64,000 nt of DNA. Source: Bacteroidetes bacterium UBA1941 (GTDB lineage: Bacteria; Bacteroidota; Bacteroidia; Chitinophagales; LD1). The translations under genes were made by a program, and so were the position numbers. The stretch lies in assembly GCA_002336805.1 (NCBI GenBank), contig DDEZ01000002.1, positions 32,631-96,630 on the forward strand, in the 5' to 3' direction. The notes beneath the pieces are model-generated. The model worked only from the letters and a program-made list of their open reading frames with translations. It searched no databases and was not told the DNA's origin. Shown here piece after piece: positions 56,744 through 64,000 of this stretch (within the stretch, counting starts at the first letter, position 1; every line of letters begins with the position of its first letter).

Positions 56744-57259
56744 ATGGCACTGATACTCCCGGTCAATGGCAAAGAACCCCGTATGGGCAGCAACTGCTGG
56801 CTCGCAGACAATGCGACAGTAGTAGGCGACGTGACCATGGGCGACGATTGCAGCGTATGGTTCACAGCAGTCGTACGTGGCGATGTACACTATATCCGCA
56901 TAGGCAATAAGGTCAACATACAGGACGGCGCAGTGATACACTGCACCTATCAGAAATCTCCTACCACCATCGGCAATTTCGTCTCCATAGGCCACCGGGC
57001 CATAGTACATGGCTGCACTATAGAGGACAATGTACTGATAGGCATGGGCGCGATAGTCATGGACAATGCCGTGATCAAAAGCAATAGCATCGTGGCCGCG
57101 GGATCAGTAGTACTGGAAAATACGGTGGTAGAGAGTGGCACCATTTACGCCGGCATACCGGCACGAAAGGTGAAAGACCTCGATGAAAACAATTTTAAAA
57201 ATCTGATAGAGCGCATCGGCAATAACTACAGTATGTATGCCGATTGGTTTAGAAAATAA
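56744..57259 (+). CDS. gamma-class carbonic anhydrase / hexapeptide-repeat family protein
   Basis: 171 aa. WLADNATVVGDVTMGDDCSVWFTAVVRGDVHYIRIGNKVNIQDGAVIH follows the YrdA/PaaY-like pattern. Confidence 0.85.
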   Translation: MALILPVNGKEPRMGSNCWLADNATVVGDVTMGDDCSVWFTAVVRGDVHYIRIGNKVNIQDGAVIHCTYQKSPTTIGNFVSIGHRAIVHGCTIEDNVLIGMGAIVMDNAVIKSNSIVAAGSVVLENTVVESGTIYAGIPARKVKDLDENNFKNLIERIGNNYSMYADWFRK

Positions 57260-57266
57260 AGTGCGT

Positions 57267-57800
57267 ATGATGGAAGAAAAAGTAGGTGAGGAGCTCGTAG
57301 TACTCACCGACGCCGATGGCAACCCCACCGGCCTGATGGGCAAAACAGAAGCACATCAAAAAGGCCTGCTACACCAGGCTATAAGCGTGATCATCTACAA
57401 TAGCGAAGGCAAGATGCTGGTACAGCAGCGCGCCTTTACTAAATACCATTGGGCCGGCATCTGGAGCAATACCTGCTGTAGTCATCCCCGCGATGGTGAG
57501 AGCTTTGAAGCAGCTGCTGCCCGCAGGCTACAGGAGGAGCTGGGAATCGTAACACCGCTCAAGAAAGAATTCCATTTCACCTACAAAGCTCATGATGACA
57601 AAAGCGGCCTCACCGAGCACGAATTTGACTGGGTCTTCACCGGCATATTCGATGGTCCCTTTGAGTTCAATAGAGACGAGATACACGCCGTGAAATGGAT
57701 GACCAAAGACGAGCTGTTGAATGACATGAAGGCCAACCCGGATAAATATTCATTCTGGTTTCCCATCATCCTGCAGCACCTCTTCATGCAGGGCGCATAA
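57267..57800 (+). CDS. idi: isopentenyl-diphosphate delta-isomerase, type 1 (Nudix)
   Basis: LHQAISVIIYNSEGKMLVQQRAFTKYHWAGIWSNTCCSHP...TEHEFDWVF aligns with my recollection of E. coli Idi, including the catalytic Cys and Glu. I place the start at the ATG at 57267, after the upstream stop. Confidence 0.85.
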   Translation: MMEEKVGEELVVLTDADGNPTGLMGKTEAHQKGLLHQAISVIIYNSEGKMLVQQRAFTKYHWAGIWSNTCCSHPRDGESFEAAAARRLQEELGIVTPLKKEFHFTYKAHDDKSGLTEHEFDWVFTGIFDGPFEFNRDEIHAVKWMTKDELLNDMKANPDKYSFWFPIILQHLFMQGA

Positions 57801-57812
57801 AAGAAATCTAAG

Positions 57813-58448
57813 ATGGCCTTCTCTCCTGACATACTCAATCACTACCTGGACGCTCAAGCATCGGCAGAGGATCCGCTGCTCTCAGATGTTTCACGTGAAA
57901 CACACCTGAAAGTGCAGATGCCGCACATGTGCAGCGGCCACGTGCAGGGTATCTTTCTGGAGATGATCAGCCGCATGGTGCGGCCACGGAGGATCCTCGA
58001 GATAGGTACCTTCACCGGCTACGCTACACTGTGCCTGGCCAAAGGCCTGGCTGACGATGGCATCCTATACACGCTCGATATCAATGAAGAGCTGGAGCCC
58101 ATCTTTGGCAAATACTTTCAGCGTAGTGGCATAGCGGACAAAATAAAATTCATCCCCGGCAATGCACTGGAGACCATCCCGGCTATAGACGACACGTTTG
58201 ATCTCGTCTTTATAGATGCTGATAAGATCAACTACTCCAGGTATTATGACCTTGTGATAGACCGTATCAATCCGGGTGGCTATATCCTCAGCGATAATGT
58301 ACTACGCGACGGCAAAGTACTGGAAGAGCACAAGGATAAAGACGGCCTGAATATGCACCTCTACAATGAAAAGCTGGCCGCCGACCCCCGTGTGCAGACA
58401 GTCATTATTCCCATACGGGATGGTGTGAGTTTAGCCAGAAAATTATAG
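57813..58448 (+). CDS. class I SAM-dependent O-methyltransferase (caffeoyl-CoA OMT-like)
   Basis: 211 aa with ILEIGTFTGYATL (SAM motif I), FDLVFIDADK and GGYILSDNVL. Confidence 0.85.
   Translation: MAFSPDILNHYLDAQASAEDPLLSDVSRETHLKVQMPHMCSGHVQGIFLEMISRMVRPRRILEIGTFTGYATLCLAKGLADDGILYTLDINEELEPIFGKYFQRSGIADKIKFIPGNALETIPAIDDTFDLVFIDADKINYSRYYDLVIDRINPGGYILSDNVLRDGKVLEEHKDKDGLNMHLYNEKLAADPRVQTVIIPIRDGVSLARKL
57887..57902. other. parS site (canonical perfect palindrome), inside the O-methyltransferase gene
   Basis: TGTTTCACGTGAAACA is the textbook ParB/Spo0J parS palindrome. It encodes part of D-V-S-R-E-T-H. Confidence 0.85.
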
Positions 58449-58595
58449 TTTTAGCGGCTCCCGCCGCAAAACAGGCCCGTTTGATGCTCTTTTTACTGTA
58501 CTATTTAGCAGAAAAAGCACAACAAAAGGTCCACAAGCAGCGTAAGATATAAGACGGACTTGTTTTTACTTTACCCTTGAGAAAAACTGCCCGAG

Positions 58596-59900
58596 ATGCG
58601 TTTATTTGTTTGCTGCATATCGCTCCTGCTGTCCGGCCTGGCCGCACAGGCGCAGTCGCCAAAGGCTGTGACGGACTACGTGGAGAAATACAAGAAGATC
58701 GCCATCGAAGAGATGAGGCTCACCGGTATACCCGCCAGTGTCACACTCGCGCAGGGCATACACGAGTCCGGCTGTGGCCAGTCTGTACTGGCTTTGAATT
58801 CCAACAATCACTTCGGCATCAAGTGTCATAATGAATGGTCCGGCGCCTCCTATCGTCATGACGATGACCAGCCGCAGGAGTGCTTCCGTGTGTACAAATG
58901 CCCTGAGGAGTCATTCAAGGATCACTCCGACTTTCTCAAGAATAGGCCACGCTACGCGTCTCTCTTTAAACTGAGCACTACAGACTACAAGGGCTGGGCC
59001 CGTGGCCTCAAAGCTGCCGGCTATGCTACCAATCCGCAGTATCCGCAGATCATCATCGGCCTCATTGAGGCTTACAAACTCTACGACCTGGACAAAGAAG
59101 GAATGAGCGCACCCGCTGTAGCAAAGACCGTGGTACCAGCTACAGCACTGCCTACCGCATCTGCACCATCTGTCCCTGCCGCTCCGACACAGTACCCGCA
59201 GTCTATGCCTGCACAAGGCAAGCCACAGCAGGAAGCACCAGTAGCCGCAGTAGAACCCGTGAAAGTAAAAACCATTAATCCTACTCCAGCCATAACAGAA
59301 GCATCTAATCCCACTCCGGCATACAGCAGCCTGCAGCTGGATGAGCGCCTGATCAATGGTGTGAAGGCTGTCGTGTTTAAATCATCTGCGACCCTGTACA
59401 GCATTAGCCAGAAGTATAAAGTAAGCGTAGAAGATCTCTATGCATTCAATGAGATGACCAATACTACGCACCTCAAAGATGGTGAGTACGTCTATCTCGA
59501 GAAAAAGAAAACAGAGACCAACTACTATCAGTATGAGCTGGCAGAAGGTGAGACCATGCGCGACGTGGCGCAGAAGTTTGGCGTGCAGGTGGCAGAGCTG
59601 TACAAGCGCAATGGCATCAGCACCGACTGTGTCCCGCTGGCAGGGGAGGTGATCGTTCTACGTGGAACCCGTGAGATCCCGCTACGCTTCCGCGTGATGG
59701 ATGCCGGTGGCAGCAAGAAGCCAGCCGACCAGACCACAGGCTCCCTCTCTGACCCTAAATACCACAAGGTGGGCGATAGCGACACGCTATACTCCATAGC
59801 ACGCCAGTACAATATACCCGTAGAGGACCTCATACGCCTCAATGGCCTGAAGGGTAACGATATCAAGATAGGCCAGACGCTGGTCGTCTGCTCCCTGTAA
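58596..59900 (+). CDS. peptidoglycan hydrolase with an N-terminal glucosaminidase (GH73-like) domain and three LysM repeats
   Basis: It has a signal peptide, TLAQGIHESGCGQS...NNHFGIK, a Pro/Ala-rich linker, and three LysM repeats (LYSISQKYKVSVEDLYAFN, MRDVAQKFGVQVAELYKRN, LYSIARQYNIPVEDLIRLN). Confidence 0.85.
   Translation: MRLFVCCISLLLSGLAAQAQSPKAVTDYVEKYKKIAIEEMRLTGIPASVTLAQGIHESGCGQSVLALNSNNHFGIKCHNEWSGASYRHDDDQPQECFRVYKCPEESFKDHSDFLKNRPRYASLFKLSTTDYKGWARGLKAAGYATNPQYPQIIIGLIEAYKLYDLDKEGMSAPAVAKTVVPATALPTASAPSVPAAPTQYPQSMPAQGKPQQEAPVAAVEPVKVKTINPTPAITEASNPTPAYSSLQLDERLINGVKAVVFKSSATLYSISQKYKVSVEDLYAFNEMTNTTHLKDGEYVYLEKKKTETNYYQYELAEGETMRDVAQKFGVQVAELYKRNGISTDCVPLAGEVIVLRGTREIPLRFRVMDAGGSKKPADQTTGSLSDPKYHKVGDSDTLYSIARQYNIPVEDLIRLNGLKGNDIKIGQTLVVCSL
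59654..59669. other. parS-like site (degenerate), inside the LysM hydrolase gene
   Basis: CGTTCTACGTGGAACC matches 11 of 14 specified positions. Confidence 0.35.
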
Positions 59901-59940
59901 GGTTGGCCCGCCTCTTGCGTCTATTGGATAAAATAAACCA

Positions 59941-60603
59941 ATGACCCATTTCATCCAAAAGTCTCCCTTGTTCCTCCTTTTAGCATTGACCCTATCGCTA
60001 CAGAGCTGCGGTCAGGGCAAGTCATCATCCATCACAAAAACAAAAACGCAAGCTACAATGAGCAATGCAAATCTCGATACCATCACCCTGGGTGGTGGCT
60101 GCTACTGGTGTATAGAAGCGATCTATCAGCGCCTGGATGGCGTCCAAACGGTAGAATCCGGCTTTAGCGGTGGTACGATGAAGAATCCATCCTACCGCGA
60201 CGTGTGCAATGGCAACACCGGCCACGCAGAGGTAGTACAGATCACCTATGATAAAACAAAGACCAATCTCGATGAGATATTCAAGGTCTTCTTCACCGTA
60301 CACGACCCCACTACGCTCAATAGGCAAGGCGCTGACGAGGGTACACAGTACCGTTCTGCTATCTTCTATCGCAATGAAGAACAGAAAAAGGCGGCAGAAA
60401 GCATCATCAAGGACCTTACTGATGCACATGTATACGCTGACCCGATCGTAACAGAGATCACTCCCTTCACAGTATTCTACAAGGCCGAAGACTACCATCA
60501 GGACTACTACAATCAGCATGGCTCACAGCCTTACTGCCAGATCGTGATCCGCCCCAAGGTGGAAAAGTTTGAAAAGGTCTTCAAAGACCGGATGAAGAAA
60601 TAA
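59941..60603 (+). CDS. msrA: peptide-methionine (S)-S-oxide reductase, exported/lipoprotein form
   Basis: It has a lipobox (LTLSLQSC) and the MsrA active site GGGCYWC, plus GHAEVVQITYD. Confidence 0.9.
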   Translation: MTHFIQKSPLFLLLALTLSLQSCGQGKSSSITKTKTQATMSNANLDTITLGGGCYWCIEAIYQRLDGVQTVESGFSGGTMKNPSYRDVCNGNTGHAEVVQITYDKTKTNLDEIFKVFFTVHDPTTLNRQGADEGTQYRSAIFYRNEEQKKAAESIIKDLTDAHVYADPIVTEITPFTVFYKAEDYHQDYYNQHGSQPYCQIVIRPKVEKFEKVFKDRMKK

Positions 60604-60647
60604 CAGCCCTATCACAGAGCACACAAAGAAATAGAGATAACAGCCAC

Positions 60648-60689
60648 ACGTAGGGCACAGAGTTTTGAAGCTCTGTGCCCTACGTTTTT
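60648..60689 (+). terminator. strong rho-independent terminator after msrA
   Basis: A perfect 15-bp stem (ACGTAGGGCACAGAG and CTCTGTGCCCTACGT) has an 8-nt loop and is followed by TTTT. Confidence 0.8.
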
Positions 60690-60785
60690 AAACTCTAGGG
60701 TAATGTCCCTTTGCGACCTCTGTGATAAAATGTATTCGCCTTGTTTATATTTCTCAAAAAGCACATTTTTGCCAAAAGACGCAAG

Positions 60786-61322
60786 ATGGAGAAAACTATA
60801 ATGCTGGGCGACAAGTCCTTCCGGCTTTATATTACCGAGCAGCAGATCATCGCTGCTGTGAAACAGATAGCCAACAAGATCAATCAGGACTATGCCGGCA
60901 AAACTCCCCTGATCGTCCCCATCCTCAACGGCTCCTTTATGTTTGCCTCCGACCTGGTCAAAGAACTAAGCTGCCAGTGCGAGATATCTTTCATCAAAGC
61001 TTCATCCTACCGTGGTACAGCATCTACAGGCGAGCTGACCTCCCTGATAGGCATCAATGAAGATGTAAAAGGCCGCGACATCATCCTCGTAGAGGATATC
61101 ATCGATACAGGCCATACGCTCGCCAAAATAGTGCCCTCTACAGAGGCCCTCGGACCAGCTTCTGTCAAAGTAGCCACACTACTTTTCAAGCCTAAAGCGC
61201 TCAAGACCGACCTACGCATAGACTATGTAGGCCTCGAGATCCCAAATGAGTTTATAGTAGGCTACGGTCTAGACTACGATGGCCTGGGCCGCAATCTCCG
61301 CGAGATCTACCAGGTGATCTAG
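60786..61322 (+). CDS. hpt: hypoxanthine phosphoribosyltransferase
   Basis: It has the PRPP-binding motif DIILVEDIIDTGHTL and the C-terminus FIVGYGLDYDGLGRNL. I place the start at the ATG at 60786. Confidence 0.9.
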   Translation: MEKTIMLGDKSFRLYITEQQIIAAVKQIANKINQDYAGKTPLIVPILNGSFMFASDLVKELSCQCEISFIKASSYRGTASTGELTSLIGINEDVKGRDIILVEDIIDTGHTLAKIVPSTEALGPASVKVATLLFKPKALKTDLRIDYVGLEIPNEFIVGYGLDYDGLGRNLREIYQVI

Positions 61323-61373
61323 CCTAACTTTTACTTAACAACACATATTCCTGCGGACTGGTATATTTACCGG

Positions 61374-62813
61374 ATGAAACACTCCCTGCTCGCAGCCTGT
61401 ATCAGCATCAGCACAATTGCCGCGGCTCAAACACAGCCGCTCTTCCGGCCGGTAGATATCAACTATAGCACAAAAACAGTGCTGATCCCTGAGGGGTTTA
61501 AATACTCCATTCTATACAGCGAGTATGACACTGTAGTCACTAATACCGGCATCAAAGCACCAGCCAAAGGCAGCCAGGATATGATCGTCTATATACCCAT
61601 AGACAGCTCCAGCGATCACGGCTACCTCTATGTCAATCAGGAAGAACATATACCCAATAAAGTGCTGGGTGATGGCGGTGGAGGTACTGTCTTTGAGGTG
61701 CGCAAGCAGCGCGGCAAATGGATCGCAGTAGGAGATAAGCATGCTGTAGATTTTAGCAGCGTAGGAGAAACCTTTCGCAACTGCGGCGGCACCATCACTC
61801 CACGTGGAACAATCCTCACCACAGAAGAAGAATTTCCACAGAGCAACGCGGAGATCTATACGCGCTTTGGCATCACAGACACTTCAGACTATGATGGTAA
61901 AAAGAAATACCTCAACTACGGCTGGATGGTAGAGGTAGATCCCAAGACGCACAAGGCCATCCAGAAGGTAAAAGAGTTTGGCCGCTATCCGCACGAAGAC
62001 GCTCAATGCATGCCTGATGGCAAAACGATCTACCTGACCTCAGATAACACTCCTGCTATCGTATTTAAATACATCTGCAAGAAGCCGGGCGTCTACACCG
62101 GCGGCCAGCTCTATGCCTACCAGCAGAGCGCAGATGCACAAGGCGGCTCCTGGATCGCGCTGCCAATGGCGGAGGATTCCCTCATGAATATCATAGACGT
62201 AGCCGTGCGCCGCCACGCCACCATGCTCAATAGCACCGAGTGGATAGAAGCTATCGGCGATAAACTCTACATCAGCGAATCGGGTACCAATAATTTTAAC
62301 TTCGACCGTGAGATAGCAATAGGCGGCCACCCGGCCCACCACCTCGACCAGCTCTGTCACACCACGGGTCACAACTATGAGGATCACTACGGCCGAATAG
62401 TAGAGCTGGACCTGAAGACAAATAAAATGCGCCCTTATCTGAATGGCGGCGTGAGCAAGGTCAACTCGCGCTTCTGCTTTGCCAGCCCTGATGCGATGAC
62501 ATCTGCCACGATCCGCGGCAAGAAATACCTGATCATCAGTGAGGATACTGACGGCAATAAAAACGGTAGCGCCAGTGACGAAGTATCAGCTAAACATGAA
62601 GTGTACAATGAGGTTTATTTCCTCGATATGTCCATACCAGATCCGACACTGGAAGACCTCAAAAGATTTATGGTAGCGCCGGAGGGCTGTGAGACGACCG
62701 GTAATATGTTTACGCCAGATGGTCACAACTATTTTGTCTCCATCCAGCACCCTACTACGAGCAATCCTGCTCCATTCAATAAAACCAGCGTAATAGCCAT
62801 CACAGGCTTCTGA
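61374..62813 (+). CDS. PhoX-like / DUF839 secreted beta-propeller protein
   Basis: It has a signal peptide. NCGGTITPRGTILTTEEEFP resembles the PhoX/DUF839 signature (NC.GG.TPWGT.L..EE). Confidence 0.6.
   Translation: MKHSLLAACISISTIAAAQTQPLFRPVDINYSTKTVLIPEGFKYSILYSEYDTVVTNTGIKAPAKGSQDMIVYIPIDSSSDHGYLYVNQEEHIPNKVLGDGGGGTVFEVRKQRGKWIAVGDKHAVDFSSVGETFRNCGGTITPRGTILTTEEEFPQSNAEIYTRFGITDTSDYDGKKKYLNYGWMVEVDPKTHKAIQKVKEFGRYPHEDAQCMPDGKTIYLTSDNTPAIVFKYICKKPGVYTGGQLYAYQQSADAQGGSWIALPMAEDSLMNIIDVAVRRHATMLNSTEWIEAIGDKLYISESGTNNFNFDREIAIGGHPAHHLDQLCHTTGHNYEDHYGRIVELDLKTNKMRPYLNGGVSKVNSRFCFASPDAMTSATIRGKKYLIISEDTDGNKNGSASDEVSAKHEVYNEVYFLDMSIPDPTLEDLKRFMVAPEGCETTGNMFTPDGHNYFVSIQHPTTSNPAPFNKTSVIAITGF
61796..61811. 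other. parS-like site (degenerate), inside the PhoX-like gene
   Basis: CACTCCACGTGGAACA has a perfect right half-site and the 10-bp core TCCACGTGGA. It matches 11 of 14 specified positions. Confidence 0.4.
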
Positions 62814-63282
62814 TCATCCAGATGCCGCAGCCGTAGTGACCGCTCTGGCCCAGCGGTGCAGCGAGTCGTGTGAAGCCCATTTTATCATAGAGCTTTATAG
62901 CATGATGCAGCTCAGGCATAGACTCCAGGTACATCTGTGTATATCCTGCGCTGCGCGCAAACTCAATACAGTGCTCCAGCAGCTGCCGGCCTATGCCCCT
63001 ACCACGGCCAGCCGCACTCAGGTACATTTTGACCAGCTCGCAGGTACCAGCATCATGGCCTGGAGTAGGAAATACACCTCCACCCCCAAGCAAGATTCCA
63101 TCCTCCTCTGCTACGAAATAAAAACTACCCTCTTTCTGAAAAAGCTCATACAAGTGATCCGTACTCTCATCGTAGTACACCGTACCTTCGCGCACGGCAT
63201 CATAGTCCTCCAGCGTGCGGCGGATGATATCTGCGAGAGCAGCATTGTCCTGTGGCTCGATCTTGCGGATAGATACAGGCAT
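62800..63282 (-). CDS. GNAT-family N-acetyltransferase
   Basis: 160 aa with the acetyl-CoA-binding motif (AAGRGRGIGRQLLEH). It overlaps the convergent PhoX-like gene by 14 nt. Confidence 0.85.
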   Translation of the reverse strand: MPVSIRKIEPQDNAALADIIRRTLEDYDAVREGTVYYDESTDHLYELFQKEGSFYFVAEEDGILLGGGGVFPTPGHDAGTCELVKMYLSAAGRGRGIGRQLLEHCIEFARSAGYTQMYLESMPELHHAIKLYDKMGFTRLAAPLGQSGHYGCGIWMIRSL

Positions 63283-64000
63283 TAAAGACGCATTTTTCTG
63301 AGCGTAGGAGCAAAAATAGCTGTACCCATCACTACCAGCAGTGTCATCACTCCACCAAAGATGACACCATACTCCAGACCCAGCTTAGACGTAGCGAGAC
63401 CCGACTCAAAGTCTCCGATCTCATTAGATGACTTGATGAAGATAGAATTGACTGCAGAGACGCGCCCTCGCATCTCATCTGGTGTGAATAGCTGTATGAT
63501 GGTACTGCGTATGATCACACTCACATTGTCAAATGCTCCCGCCATAAGTAGCATGGCAAAACTCAACCAGAACCACTGCGACAGCGCAAAGCCGATGATA
63601 CAGACACCGTACATACCCACACAGATCAGCAAGTTGCGGCCTGCATGCTTGGTAGGAGGGTGGTGCGCCAGCAGGAAGCCCGCCACCGCAGAGCCGAGGA
63701 ATAGTGCAGCCTTCAGCACACCCATCAGCGTTGGCCCCACATGCAATATATCCTTGCAGAAGGCCGGTACGAGACCTGTGACTCCTCCAAAAAGCACCGC
63801 AAAAAGATCCAGCGAGATAGACGACAGGATAGCCTGTGTGCCAAATACGAAGCGTATACCACCAAAGAAAGACCGCACAAAAGGCTCCTTGCCATCCATA
63901 GGTGGCGGATAGTGCTCATCGAGCCGGGTAGTAAAGAAGAACGACACCAGAAAGATGATCGCGCAGATCAGGTAGACCCAGTTTGGCGTGATGAAATCCA
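63282..64000 (-). CDS. MFS transporter, C-terminal part (5' end lies beyond the window)
   Basis: The frame stays open from 63947 to the window edge (GFITPNWVYLICAIIFLVSFFF...). It contains six or more hydrophobic helices. The family call is from general architecture. Confidence 0.6.
   Translation of the reverse strand, partial: DFITPNWVYLICAIIFLVSFFFTTRLDEHYPPPMDGKEPFVRSFFGGIRFVFGTQAILSSISLDLFAVLFGGVTGLVPAFCKDILHVGPTLMGVLKAALFLGSAVAGFLLAHHPPTKHAGRNLLICVGMYGVCIIGFALSQWFWLSFAMLLMAGAFDNVSVIIRSTIIQLFTPDEMRGRVSAVNSIFIKSSNEIGDFESGLATSKLGLEYGVIFGGVMTLLVVMGTAIFAPTLRKMRL

Noticed and set aside
1-64000. A search for CRISPR arrays, tRNA/rRNA genes, transposases, integrases, prophage or defence-island genes.
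   Set aside because: I saw none. There are no spaced direct-repeat arrays, no cloverleaf-like conserved tRNA boxes in the spacers I inspected, and every large ORF has a housekeeping or envelope assignment or is an isolated hypothetical.

Overview
This window looks like a chromosomal segment from a Bacteroidota genome. The evidence for that is a SusC/SusD pair, two proteins with type IX secretion C-terminal sorting domains, TAnnTTTG-type promoter boxes, and no Shine-Dalgarno signal that I could see. I can support about 56 protein-coding genes, and nearly all are housekeeping or envelope functions: metF, mutL, bshA, gcvT, truA, tadA, ruvC, prfA, lpxH, lpxD, xth, ybeY, mnmG, idi, msrA, hpt, superoxide dismutase, a tetR-tolC-MFP-RND efflux operon, an ABC exporter, and a GH3/beta-lactamase fusion. 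I recognised no rRNA, tRNA, CRISPR array, transposase, integrase, phage gene or obvious defence system, so I make no claim of a new multi-gene system. The strongest signal not explained by genes is a cluster of ParB-binding parS centromere sites between 48.7 and 61.8 kb. Three are perfect 16-bp palindromes: two lie 49 bp apart upstream of mnmG, and one is inside an O-methyltransferase gene. At least five more are degenerate copies, and I found no comparable site in the first 48 kb. Together with mnmG and a switch in gene orientation near 47.5 kb, this suggests an origin-proximal region, but I saw no canonical DnaA-box cluster. Secondary observations are listed below.
- A roughly 40-bp leader cassette repeated at the same offset in front of two unrelated genes; one copy is part of a MITE-like inverted repeat inside the efflux operon.
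- A 58-aa zinc-ribbon ORF that falls below the ORF-track cutoff.
- A tandem pair of Cys-rich membrane-protein paralogues.
- A 1153-aa membrane protein with a hyper-charged coiled-coil segment, next to an orphan RsbW-like kinase.
- A secreted protein with a LecA/PA-IL-like C-terminal domain.
- An ORF-free gap ending in an orphan terminator.
All product calls come from reading the translated ORFs for motifs. No database search was run.
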